From Octopus vulgaris (Eukaryota), in assembly GCA_951406725.2 (NCBI GenBank), contig OX597836.1:40362001-40426000 (forward strand): a DNA stretch of 64,000 bases, written 5' to 3'. Made by a program: the position numbers and the translations under genes. This document shows positions 1 to 12,435 of the stretch, in pieces. Position 1 is the first letter of the stretch, and every line of letters begins with the position of its first letter. The notes beneath the pieces are model-generated. The model was not told where the DNA came from and searched no databases. It worked only from the letters and a program-made list of their open reading frames with translations.

Positions 1-260
1 ACTGAATAACGAAGTGTTGTCTATACAAACGGACTGAATAACGAAGTGTTCTCTATACGAACGGACTGAATAACGAAGTGTTCTCTATACGAACGGACTG
101 AATAACGAACTGCTTTCTATACAAACGGACTGAATAACGAAGTGTTCTCTATAAGAACGGACTGAATAACGAAGAGTTTTCTATACGAACGGACTGAATA
201 ACGAACTGCTTTCTATACGAACGGACTGGATAACGAACTGTTCTCTATACGAACGGACTA
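1..260. repeat. 32-bp minisatellite, about 8 copies, truncated by the window start
   Basis: Unit actgaataacgaagtgttctctatacgaacgg recurs at 1, 33, 65, 97, 129, 161, 193 and 225. Confidence 0.95.
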
Positions 261-365
261 AATACCAACGGTTATTTTGAAGAAAATTAAACCCGCATAA
301 CGAGCTCAAATTAGGACAACGAACAATGAGCATACTACGCACGCGTATATATGTAGGGAAAGCAA

Positions 366-596
366 GGCGGCGAGCTGGCAGAAACGTTAGCACGCCAAGC
401 GAAATGCTTAGAGGTATTCCGTCTGCCGTTACGTTCTGAGTTCAAATTCAGCCGAGGTCGACTTTGCCTTTCATCCTTTCGAGGTCGATAAATAAAGTAC
501 CAGTTTCGCACTGGAGTCGATGTAATCAACTTAATCTCTTTGTCTGTCCTTGTTTGTCCCATCTATGTTTAGCCCCTTGTGGGTAATAAAGAAATA
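366..596 (+). mobile_element. tRNA-derived SINE, family A, full length with TSD
   Basis: Head ggcggcgagctggcagaaacgttagc, B-box-like gagttcaaattc, body gtcgactttgcctttcatcc...aagtaccag, tail taataaagaaata. Flanked by tatatatgtagg(g/t)aaagca at 346-364 and 595-613. Many homologues in the window. Confidence 0.9.
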
Positions 597-955
597 TATA
601 TGTAGGTAAAGCATACATGAGCAGTATGCTAAATGAACAAATTGTATAGCGAACAATTTTCTGAAGGAAAACTATATTCAGCTAACGAACAGAAATTTGA
701 ACAGCAAGCAACGAATAGATTATGTATCAATAAAACTGGTCAGGAGAACGTATACAAACAGTACGTTAATGTCAGTCTACGCATTTCAGATAGCTAGCCT
801 GCAAATTCCCATATTTTTTATAGAAAACATTACTATTTTTCATATATTTTGGTCCAAATATATCCATGGATCGACAGAAGCAAGACAAAGGGAGTAACGC
901 ACACACACGCGCGCGCGCACATCCGTGTATGTACATATTTATGTATTTAATATTC

Positions 956-1141
956 GACCGATTTCGCTTTCGTTATTCATGATATTATGGTTTACTTATT
1001 TGAATATGTATTTTCTTAAATATCATCACACACAACATGGACAAAATTTCTTCTTAAGAAATACACATTCAAATAAGTAAAGCATAATATCATGAATAGC
1101 GAAAGCGAAACCGGTCGATATATCAAAAATTATATTGAAAC
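956..1141. mobile_element. Palindromic hammerhead-bearing element (family P1), probably Penelope-like-derived, with 16-bp TSD
   Basis: About 65-bp inverted arms around an about 35-nt spacer. Direct repeat tatgtatttaatattc at 940-955 and 1142-1157. Second copy at 3592-3875. Confidence 0.8.
1087..1121 (+). ncRNA. Minimal type-I hammerhead ribozyme, A3:U8 core variant
   Basis: atatc-AUGAAUA-gc(gaaa)gc-GAAA-ccgg-UC-gatat: 5-bp stem I, GNRA-capped stem II, palindromic ACCGGU stem III, predicted GUC cut after 1116. A mirror copy lies on the minus strand at about 952-985. Confidence 0.7.
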
Positions 1142-1196
1142 TATGTATTTAATATTCATAAATGGACAATTAAAACATCATCTCATGCATTTATTT

Positions 1197-1426
1197 TATT
1201 TCTTTATTACCCACAAGGGGCTAAACATAGGGGGGACAAACAAGGACAGACAAACGGATTAAGTCGATTACATCGACCCCAATGCGTAACTGGTGCTTTA
1301 TTTATCGACCCTGAAAGGATGAAAGGCAAAGTCGACCTCGGCGGAATTTGAACTCAGAAAGTAACGGCAGACGAAATACTGCTAAGCATTTCGCCCGGCG
1401 TGCTAACGTTTCTACCAGCTCACCGC
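1197..1426 (-). mobile_element. SINE family A
   Basis: Reverse-complement match to 366-596 over the full length. Confidence 0.9.
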
Positions 1427-2177
1427 ATACATTTATGTAGAGTTTGAGCGTACCATAAAACGGGTTACCCCTGTTTGTGTGTATTTTGCTTGCTCATGTA
1501 ACAATTTGATTAACGCACAGGGCTAGAAAACGTTCGTATATAGAGACCTAGTTCTTTATTGTGAACTATAGATCTTCCAGTACTTACAATGGTATTGTTG
1601 TACAATAAATACACGGATCGAGTTCTTCCGCTCTTTGAGGCATTTGTACCAAGTGCAGTACACTTATGATTCTATGCACACACAACACACGCTGACCTAC
1701 CCCACACACACACTCACACATGGTGGTGTACGTCTCTGCGTGTGGGTGGGTGCGTCTACTATGACTGTGTGTGTTCGTGCGCGCACACGCGCTGGCGTGT
1801 GTGTGTGTGTGTGTGTGTGTGTATAACATTGAGATACTGAGGCTCAGGCGGAACAGTGGCCGCTTTTATCTTATCAGTTTTAAAGCCGTACAAAAGCTAT
1901 GAACATCTCTTCCCATCGCTAATTAATTCCATATACACACACACACACACATGCACACACATACACACACACACACACACACATTAGTTTCTGTTGGCTA
2001 AGCACAGTATGCTATCTCTTTAATTAACAACACTTGAGCTAGCAATTAATATATGTACGAGTTGTTGTGTTGCACACTGGCTCCGAGAAGTAAACTACTG
2101 CACTATTGTCTCTTTAGTTCTCGAGTAAAGGCCATGGAAGAAGCGTTGCCGAAAGTTCTCTCCCCCCCCCCATCTGC

Positions 2178-2745
2178 CTCTTCTTCTTCTTCTTCTTCAT
2201 CTTCTTCTTCTTCTTCTTCTTCTTCTTCTTCTTCTTCATCATCATCATCATCATCTTCTTCTTCTTCTTCTTCATCATCATCATCATCATCTTCTTCTTC
2301 TTCTTCTTCTTCTTCTTCTTCTTCTTCTTCTTCTTCTTCTTCTTCTTCTTCATCATCATCATCATCATCATCATCTTCTTCTTCTTCTTCTTCAGCTTCT
2401 TCTTCTTCAGCTTCTTCTTCTTCAGCTTCTTCTTCTTCTCCTTCTTCTTCGTCTTCTTCTTCATCTTCATCTTCATCTTCTTCTTCATCCTCTTCTTCAT
2501 CATCATCTTCATCTTCTTCTTCATCATCTTCTTCATCATCATCTTCATCTTCTTCTTCATCATCTTCTTCATCATCATCTTCATCTTCTTCACCTTCTTC
2601 TTCTACTTCTCCTTCTTCATCTTCTTCTTCTTCTTTTTCATCTTCTTCTTTTTCTTCTCCTCCTCCTCCTCCTCCTCCTTCTTCTTTTTCTTTTCTTCTC
2701 CATCATCATCATCATCTTCTTCTCCTCCTCCTCCTCCTTCTGTTC
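2178..2745. repeat. (TCT)n/(TCA)n/(CCT)n compound trinucleotide tract
   Basis: Read directly. It explains the poly-Ser and poly-Lys ORFs. Confidence 0.95.
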
Positions 2746-3227
2746 CTCACCCTCACTTGACCTATATATAATAATTATCATAAGTCAGCTTGGTAGGGAA
2801 CTGACTGGTCTTCGTCCGAAATGCTCGATATCATTTCTACGCATTACCATGAGTTAGTAAAACACTCGTCAACTTTGAAGCTGTCCTCCTCTTTTCGACC
2901 TGTTTAACGACTGAGCAGACTGCGCCAAAGTGACCCAGTTGTCATGGAAATACGTATATTTTTAAATATTATATAGTTATATACGAACTGTTGATTCACT
3001 TGTTTATCTTTTATCTTTTACTTGTTTCAGTCATTAAACTGTGGCCATGCTGGGGCATCGCCCTGAAAGAATTTTAGTCGAACGAATCGACCCCAGTACT
3101 TATGTTGTTTTTTTCTTTTTAAGTTTGGTATTTTTTCTGTCGCTTTCTTTCCCAGAACCGCTAAGTTATAGGGACGTAAACACACCAACACCGGTTGTGA
3201 AGGGGCAGTAGGGGCACAAACACACAC

Positions 3228-3300
<73 letters not shown>

Positions 3301-3432
3301 CAGGGTGTCCCAAAAAAATGTATACACACCTTAAATAATTGTAAATTTGTTATTCTTTGTAAGCCTAGTACTTATTCTATCGTTCTCTTTTGCCGAACCA
3401 CTATGTGTATACATTTTTTGGGGGACACCCTG
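3301..3432. mobile_element. Tc1/mariner-type MITE
   Basis: About 28-bp TIRs cagggtgtcccaaaaaaatgtatacaca / tgtgtatacattttttgggggacaccctg, with TA on both sides. Confidence 0.85.
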
Positions 3433-3456
3433 TATATATATATATATATATATATA

Positions 3457-3532
<76 letters not shown>

Positions 3533-3648
3533 TGTAGTAACAGAAAGGAGGAATTTCGATTATCCCCACGTGGTGAGTTGTAATATATATAAGAAATTAA
3601 AAAAAGGAAAATACACACACTTTACATAGTTTTAATATAATTTTTAAT

Positions 3649-3683
3649 ATATCGACCGATTTCGCTTTCGCTATTCATGATAT
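3649..3683 (-). ncRNA. Minimal type-I hammerhead, A3:U8 variant (left arm of P1)
   Basis: Minus strand reads atatc-AUGAAUA-gcgaaagc-GAAA-ucgg-UC-gatat. Confidence 0.6.
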
Positions 3684-3784
3684 TATGGTTTAATTATTTG
3701 AATATGTATTTTCTTAAATATCATTACACACAACATGGACAGTATTTCTTCTTAAGAAATACATATTCAAATAAGTAAAGCATA

Positions 3785-3819
3785 ATATCATGAATAGCGA
3801 AAGCGAAACCGGTCGATAT
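3785..3819 (+). ncRNA. Minimal type-I hammerhead, A3:U8 variant (right arm of P1)
   Basis: atatc-AUGAAUA-gcgaaagc-GAAA-ccgg-UC-gatat, predicted cut after 3814. Confidence 0.7.
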
Positions 3820-3874
3820 ATTAAAAATTATATTGAAACTATGTAAAGTGTGTGTATTTTCCTCTTTTAATTTC

Positions 3875-3956
<82 letters not shown>

Positions 3957-4865
3957 CATATATATATATATGAGGAGCTTCTTTCAGCTTCAGTCTGCCA
4001 GATCCATTCTCACAAGGTTTTAGTCGGCCGAGGCTACAGTTAAAGTCACTTGCTCAATGTGCCGCGCAGTGGGACTGAACCCGGAAGTTTGTGGTTGGAA
4101 CGCAAGTTTCTTACCACACGGCCACTCTTGCGCCTTATCATTTGCATTTTTATTTGATTTTTCTTTTTAATCTGTGTTGTATGTATGGTTTGCTTTTGTG
4201 TGTGTGTATCTGTGTATGCGCGTGTGTGTATGTGTGTGTGTAACAGCTCCGTAGACATAAAAAGCTGTCTGCTGCTTACGAAGTTTGCTTGACAACCTTG
4301 AGATCTCAGGTTGTTTGCTGAGGAAGGTGAGTGTTGGACACCTTGGGGGAGATAAAAAAAAAAAGCAATTGATACGACAAAGGGCGGAAGAACTCTGGAG
4401 AGACAACAGCTGTCCAGTGTCGTGTAAGAAACTAAAGGGGGAAGAAAAGGAGATGACAAACTTGTACGTGGGAAGGTCATCGGAATGAGAGGAAGTTGCA
4501 CGGGTGAGGTCCCGTGGGTCACGTTTTTGTATTCATCGATCGAAAGGATGGAAAGTGCAACCGAATCAAACTCCAAGGTTGTTTGTGGAATTCGATCGTC
4601 CTGTGAATCCCGACCGGTTGGGATTGGTTGCTCAACCACGTCGAACAATGAATGACTGAATGAATGAAATGAATGAATGAATGAATGAAATGAATGAACG
4701 AATGAATGAAATCGTTTTTGTTTTTGATTTGTTTTGTTTTGTTTTTTAGTTTGGTATCTTTTCTGCCCTTATAGGAACGTAAACACACCAACACCGATAG
4801 TGAAGGGACGGTGGGGGAACAAACACAGATACAAATACACAAACTCACTCACTCACACACACGCA

Positions 4866-4909
<44 letters not shown>

Positions 4910-5766
4910 TTTTTAAGGATTTTAAGGATTTAAGGATATATATATATTTATGAAGTGAAGCCATGCTGGAGCGTCGCTTTGAATGGTTTAGTCGGACAAA
5001 TCGATCGCGTACTTATTCTACCGGTCCCTTTTGCCGAAACGCTAACCAGCGGAAACGCAAGCAAACCAACAGCGGCTGTCAAGCGGTGGAGGGACAGACA
5101 CAGACACAAAGACACGCATATGTACACGTGTGCTTGTTTGTGTGTGGAGTGGGGAGTAAAACACCTGAAGAACCGTGTGAGTAGATATTTGGTTTTAGAA
5201 ATGAAGAAAACTGCATTGGAAAATCGGGAAAAAAACGGGAAAAAGACAGATGAGAAAAAGTGGCCGTGTGTGCGCATGTATGTGTGTTTTCGCTGACCTG
5301 AGGCTATAGCAGGAGATATTTGCCTAAGATTCTGCGCTGGCGGCCTGAACGCGAAATCATTTGGCTCCAAAACGATCTCTACCTGCGCCTGTCTCCAAGA
5401 CATACTCAGCCACTAACACACTAATTCAATAGGTGTAAAATTCTGTTGATCGAACAACTAAATGCTGATCGCCGAAAACGACGGAGGATCGATCCACATT
5501 TTTTTAAATTTTTTTTTTATTTCATTCTTATATTCACAATTACCTGAAGCACAGAAAAAAAAACATGGCCGACCTATCTCACCTAGGCAATGAGGACAAC
5601 TTGAAGAGAGAGAGAGAGTTGGAGAGAAAAAAGAAAATGAGAAAGATATCGTATAGCCGAAATGTCATAAACATCCATGACCCATCAAAGAGATGCCTGC
5701 AGGATGGCAGTTCAGTAACTAATTATGATGGCAATCATGATCGTTATCGATTGACAACAAACACAC

Positions 5767-5811
<45 letters not shown>

Positions 5812-5865
5812 TATACGCATATATATATATATATATATTTGTACGTATGCATGTAAGTATATGTA

Positions 5866-5920
<55 letters not shown>

Positions 5921-6052
5921 TATATATACATGTAGATAGAGAGATATAGACGATCCGATAGATATGTGCATTTGTGTGTGTGTGTATCCGTATACATGAT
6001 TGCATTCATACACACACACACACACAGACACACACAGACACATACACACACG

Positions 6053-6130
<78 letters not shown>

Positions 6131-6520
6131 GCATATATTATATGCATATATATACATGTAGATTGAGAGATATAGACGATCAGATAGATATGTGCATTTG
6201 TGTGTGTGTGTGTATCCGTATACATGGTTGAATTCATACACACACACACACACACACACACGCAGAGACAGACAGACAGACAGACAAACTTTTATTAAGG
6301 AACGAACGAGTACGAAAGTACAAAACAAAATGGTGGAAATAGTAAACGAGTACCAAAAGTAGAGTTAAATACTGAATTTTATTGCAGCTGAGAAAAAAAA
6401 TTTACTGAAGATTGATTTACGTGAAACTCGGAATAGCGTTTCTCAAAGAGTTTTTTTCCAGCTTCAAAATAACAATATTTATATATATATACATATATAT
6501 ATATACATACATATATATAT

Positions 6521-6595
<75 letters not shown>

Positions 6596-6596
<1 letters not shown>

Positions 6597-6824
6597 TTTA
6601 TTTAAAGCAGCAGAAAATTCAACAAAACCTGTTACTCTGAGTTTCCCGTTGCCTTTCATCGGACAGTTTTTGCTAGAAAAAACCGTCCGATGAACGGCAA
6701 CGGGAAACTCAGAGTAACAGGTTTTGTTGAATCTTGTGCTGCTTTAAATAAAGCATATTACTCTACCACTGGTATTTGAGTACTCTTTTTTCCACCTTGT
6801 TTCACATTTATGTGTTTACTCCGG
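6596..6824 (+). mobile_element. Fold-back hammerhead element (family P2) in (TA)n
   Basis: About 75-bp inverted arms plus an about 70-bp unique tail ending tttactccgg, with (TA)n on both sides. Homologous to 8011-8230. The + arm reads aaccgt-CCGAUGA-acggcaacgg-GAAA-cucagag-UA-acaggtt. Confidence 0.85.
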
Positions 6825-7324
6825 TATATATATATATATATATGTTTGTATGTATGTAGGTATGTGTATGTGAGATTTTGGAGGATTCTTGGTGGGTGAT
6901 TGGATTTTTTATTAATCAAACGTATGACCTCATTAAATCTTGTGTATGGGGTTGTAGGTGCCTAAAGCTAAATACATGGTGATATCTTAGAAGTATACTA
7001 CGCTAGTAGTTTTTAAGATATCACTATGAATCTAGCTTTAGGCACAACGCGAACCATTCCCCAAAACATTCACAAAAACTTATCAATAAACATTAGTAAA
7101 AGACTCTTTCTTTCTCTCTCTCTCTCTCTCTCACTTTTTCTCTCTCTTTCTCTTTCTCTCTCACCGAGACTTTTTATAATGAAAGTGCACATTTCAGCAG
7201 GTATGTTATACGTATTCAGACGTAAACGCATATAACACATACACATGCACAAATGTGTATGCTAAAGTGTATGTGCACTCGTGCACTTGTGCGAATATAT
7301 AAGTGTGTATATATATATATATAT

Positions 7325-7670
7325 CTCTTTCTCTTTTACTTGTTTCAGTCATTTGACTGCGGCCATGCTGGAGCACCGCCTTTAGTCGAGCAAATCGACA
7401 CCGGGACTTACTTTGTAAACTCAGTACTTATTCTATCGGTCTCTTTTGCCAAACCGCTAAGTGACGGTGACGTAAACACACCAGCATCGGTTGTCAAGCA
7501 ATGCTAGGGGGACAAACACAGACACACAAACACACACACATACATATATATATACATATATACATACATATATACGACAGGCTTCTTTCAGTTTCCGTCT
7601 ACCAAATCCACTCACAAGGCATTGGTCGGCCCGGAGCTATAGCAGAAGACACTTGCCCAAGATGCCACGC
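7325..7670 (-). mobile_element. SINE family B, 5'-truncated
   Basis: Reverse-complement match to 20973-21389. Confidence 0.85.
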
Positions 7671-7673
7671 ATG

Positions 7674-7738
<65 letters not shown>

Positions 7739-7932
7739 GTATGTATGTATGTATGTACGTATATATATATATATATATATATATATAACGATTGTACTAC
7801 ACTACCTTGGATATCCTTGTTGCTTATTTTGATTATAATCACCCCATTTGATTTATATGGATAATACCATACAAAATTCTGGTGCCTTTAACTTAAGTAC
7901 CATATTCATATCTGAGTCTAAATTTTGCTGAG

Positions 7933-8010
<78 letters not shown>

Positions 8011-8013
<3 letters not shown>

Positions 8014-8230
8014 TTTATTTTAAGCAGCAGAAAATTCAACAAAATCTGTTACTCTGAGTTTCTCGTTGCCGTTCATCAGACAGTAAAACTGTCTGATGAA
8101 CGGCAACGAGAAACTCAGAGTAACAGATTTTGTTGAATTTTCTGCTGCTTAAAATAAAGCATATTACTCTACCACTGGTATTTGAGTACTCTTTTTTCCA
8201 CCTTGTTTCACATTTATGTGTTTACTCCGG
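8011..8230 (+). mobile_element. Fold-back hammerhead element P2 in (TA)n
   Basis: Perfect 74-bp inverted repeat (8011-8084 / 8088-8161, 3-nt loop) plus the same tail as 6755-6824. Confidence 0.9.
8085..8131 (+). ncRNA. Type-I hammerhead ribozyme with canonical core; mirror copy on the minus strand at 8041-8084
   Basis: aaaactgt-CUGAUGA-a cg(gcaa)cg a-GAAA-cucagag-UA-acagatttt. Stem III is ACUC-a-GAGU, predicted GUA cut after 8122. Confidence 0.75.
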
Positions 8231-8244
8231 TATATATATATATA

Positions 8245-8423
8245 GTCTTTTACTCTTTTATTCTTTTAACTGTGGCCATGATGGAGCATCACCTTAAAAG
8301 GGATTTTTAATCGAGGAAATCGACCCCTAGGACTTATTCTTTGTAAGCCTAGTATGTATTCTATCGGGCTCTTTTGCTGAACCGCTAAGTGCCAACGTCA
8401 ATTGTCAAACGATGGTGGCTAAA

Positions 8424-8464
<41 letters not shown>

Positions 8465-8662
8465 TCTCTCTCTCTCTCTCTCTCACTCACACACACACAC
8501 ACATACACACATATATATATATAACATGCTTCTTTCAGTTTCCGTCTAACGAATCCAATCTCGCATGGCTTTGGTCAGCCCGTGGCTACAGTAGAAAACA
8601 CTTGACCAAGGTGCCACGCAGTGGGACTGAACCCGGAACCATGTGGTTCGTAAGCAAGCTAC
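8245..8662 (-). mobile_element. SINE family B, diverged
   Basis: Homology to the other family-B copies, including the internal (CA)n tract. Confidence 0.8.
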
Positions 8663-9171
8663 TTTGGGAAAAGAAAAAAAAAAAAACAAGTACATTGGAA
8701 AACAAAACCTATAAAAACTGACATGACTGTCACGTTCGGAGAGTCGTTTGACCATGACCTCTTGGATCGGATGAGCCCTGAGGCTGAATACCATCATCAC
8801 CACCGCCACCATCAGCTCAACTGCTAGTTGCCTGTCACATAGCTACATAAGGATGCGGGCTGCAAGGTATTATCTTGTCATGCTAGAAATAGCAGCCAAA
8901 TCCATTATCAAATCGTAACACCACCGTTATAAACCAGAATCATGCATTGGTTAATATCGGTGCTAGTATACTACTGTGCCTGAAAATAGACGGGGTGGCC
9001 ATGACTGGAACGAATGCTTTTCATGTTATGTCAGCTGAATCGGAGCTAAACTGCAGTATTAAACTAGAATAGCAAAAACTATCGTCACAGAATCTTGTTG
9101 TGACACAGTCAATATGTATATCACACACACACACACATACACGTATACACACACACATATGTATGTATATA

Positions 9172-9210
<39 letters not shown>

Positions 9211-9761
9211 GTGTGCATGTATAAGTATATAAGTACGTACACTGTCACATTTGTATATAGTGTACATATACATACAGGTGCGTGTGTGTGTTGCGATGTG
9301 TGCGCGCTCGCGCGCGTGTGTGTGTGTGTGTGTATGTGGTGTGTGTGTGTATGTATGTGGTGGGTGTGTGTATGTGGTGTGTGTGTGTGTATGTGGTGCG
9401 TGTGTATGTGGTGTGTGTGTATGTGGTGGGTGGGTGTGTGTGTGTGGTGTGTGTGCGTGTGTGTATGTGGTGTGTATGTGTGTATGTATATGTGGTGTGT
9501 GTGTGTGTGTGTACAGATGTAGAGTTCGGTCATGCCCGCACGCACACACAACACACAACACACACCAGCGCACACACACACACACGCGCGTCAAACACGC
9601 AAACACGCATACGCACACGCACGCACATACGCACACGCACACGTTCCGCTATTACGAAAATTCTAAGCCCACTCCTCCTCCCCCCCACACACACACCATA
9701 CATGGGGGGATGTCTTCTCGTAGGTGTGAATGTCGATCACGCCCAGAATAAAAAAAGGTAA

Positions 9762-9853
<92 letters not shown>

Positions 9854-9902
9854 CCATATATATATATATATTTTAATAAAACCATCCCTATATATATATA
9901 TA

Positions 9903-10000
<98 letters not shown>

Positions 10001-10032
10001 TATTTTAATAAAACCATATATATATATATATC

Positions 10033-10110
<78 letters not shown>

Positions 10111-10120
10111 AATAATACCA

Positions 10121-10220
<100 letters not shown>

Positions 10221-10359
10221 CATACATACAAATATATCACACCAACTAGCATTATGAACAAGACCACAACAAATAGACACAGTAAATAGACAACAGCAGC
10301 AACAACAACAACAACAACCAGAATCATCATTGGGCGTCGTGAGAGCCGCCGCACATCAT

Positions 10360-10656
10360 AAAAGACAACCTAACTATAGACGGAGGGGAGGACGAAACGG
10401 AGAACGGGAACGATTAGCAGAGCAGGCGACAGTTTAGTTCAGTGTTGTGAAAACAAAAAATCAGACGAGAATTCATTTTGCTAGCAGAGTTTCGTAAACA
10501 TTTTGGAGCTATTTACTATACATCTCAATAACTTGGAGACAATATACACACATTAATATATATAAGTATATATCTTGTATAAATATATAAATATATATAT
10601 ATATACGTTATATATTTAACTTCAGCAGTTTTATTTCATAACTATCTCAGGTAGGT
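10360..10656 (+). promoter_or_regulatory. Candidate core promoter and non-coding first exon
   Basis: Unique, relatively CpG-rich segment with Inr-like ttagttcagt at about 10434-10443 and a good donor cag|gtaggt at 10650/10651. No transcript data. Confidence 0.25.
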
Positions 10657-10723
10657 TGATTTCTCTTATTCTGTGAGGAATTGTCATTAACGTAATTTCC
10701 TTTTTTACACAGCATATTTATTT

Positions 10724-11794
10724 AACGTAACTCTACACTCTGCGCTTCTATACTATAGGTTTACTCACCTGTACTTTGAGTGAAAATAATTCTATATAAG
10801 AGGGTTTAATTAGTACAAATTAACTTTTGGTAAAATTTAATGATTACCACAGCGTGTACTTTATGTAGATATTATTTCACACAAAACTATACTCACGGAA
10901 CACAAACGTAACTCTACACTCTGCGCTTCTATACTATAGGTTAAACTTACCTGTACTTTGAGTGAAAATAATTCTATATAAAGGGTTTAATTGGTACAAA
11001 TTAACTTTTGGTAAAATTTAATGATTACCAGTGTGTACTTATGTAGATATTATTTCACACAAAACTATACTCACGGAACACAAACGTAACTCTACACTCT
11101 GCGCTTCTATACTATAGGTTAAACTTACCTGTACTTTGAGTGAAAATAATTCTATATAAAGGGTTTAATTGGTACAAATTAACTTTTGGTAAAATTTTAT
11201 GATTACCAGTGTGTACTTATGTAGATATTATTTCACACAAAACTATACTCACGGAACACAAACGTAACTCTACACTCTGCGCTTCTATACTATAGGTTAA
11301 ACTTACCTGTACTTTGAGTGAAAATAATTCTATATAAAGGGTTTAATTGGTACAAATTAACTTTTGGTAAAATTTAATGATTACCAGTGTGTACTTATGT
11401 AGATATTATTTCACACAAAACTATACTCACGGAACACAAACGTAACTCTACACTCTGCGCTTCTATACTATAGGTTAAACTTACCTGTACTTTGAGTGAA
11501 AATAATTCTATATAAAGGGTTTAATTGGTACAAATTAACTTTTGGTAAAATTTAATGATTACCAGTGTGTACTTATGTAGATATTATTTCACACAAAACT
11601 ATACTCACGGAACACAAACGTAACTCTACACTCTGCGCTTCTATACTATAGGTTAAACTTACCTGTACTTTGAGTGAAAATAATTCTATATAAAGGGTTT
11701 AATTGGTACAAATTAACTTTTGGTAAAATTTAATGATTACCAGTGTGTACTTATGTAGATATTATTTCACACAAAACTATACTCACGGAACACA
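10724..11794. repeat. 178-bp tandem array, 6 copies
   Basis: Unit starts aacgtaactctacac at 10724, 10905, 11083, 11261, 11439 and 11617. Copies 2-6 are almost identical. Confidence 0.97.
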
Positions 11795-12004
11795 AGACAT
11801 TTTGTGAGTCGAAGCAGGGGCAGCTGAAGAAGGGGAATATCCCTTGTGTTGTATGTCTTGTACTCTGTTTTTTTTGTTGTTTGAAAAAGTCCGTTTCCAT
11901 GTTTTTGTTTTTTGTTTTCGTTTCTCATATATGCATGTGTATATACATATAGATGTAGCTATGTACATACATGTATGTATGCATATGTTTTATTTATTAA
12001 TTTG

Positions 12005-12035
<31 letters not shown>

Positions 12036-12039
<4 letters not shown>

Positions 12040-12330
12040 CGTGATCACCGTGACCGACCAGGCTATCAGATGTTGCTACTCATCGCTGGTCACAATGCGC
12101 TTCTCAAATGACGCCATCCCGCTGGCTAAGAGCAGGCCAACAGAAGAAAGAGTGAAAGAAAGTTGTGACGAAAGAGTACAGCAGGAATCGCCGCCACCCC
12201 CCGCCGGAGTCTCGTGGAGCTTTTAAGTGTTTTCGCTCAATAAACACTCACAACGCCCAGTCTCGGAATCGAAACCGTGATCGTACAACCGCGAGTCCGC
12301 TGCCCTAACCACTGAGCCATTGCGTCTTCA
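12036..12330 (-). mobile_element. SINE family C with tail type 1
   Basis: tRNA-like head (...aatggctcagtggttagggcagcggactcgcgg...ggtttcgattcc) and 3' end gtcggtcacggtgatcacggtgat. Same as 45556-45870 and 38655-38918. Confidence 0.85.
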
Positions 12331-12396
12331 CACACACATATATGTATGTATATATGTATGCATGTATAGATATGGTGGTATTCATATCTATATGCG

Positions 12397-12435
<39 letters not shown>

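Larger units (their letters stand above)
3592..3875. mobile_element. Palindromic hammerhead-bearing element P1, long copy in TA-rich flanks
   Basis: About 125-bp inverted arms (agaaattaaaa...ttcttaa / ttaagaa...ttttaatttct) with nearly the same spacer as 956-1141. Confidence 0.85.
3005..4133 (-). mobile_element. SINE family B copy whose internal microsatellite hosts nested insertions
   Basis: The 3' half at about 3005-3240 and the 5' half at about 3975-4133 match the intact copy at 20973-21389. They are separated by a MITE, a (GTA)n tract and the P1 palindrome. Confidence 0.7.

Noticed and set aside
1-260. 32-bp repeats reminiscent of a CRISPR array
   Set aside because: The units are directly adjacent with no unique spacers, the context is eukaryotic, and there are no cas genes.
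2053-2760. 235-aa poly-Ser ORF
   Set aside because: Read-through of a (TCT/TCA)n microsatellite, with no splice or domain evidence.
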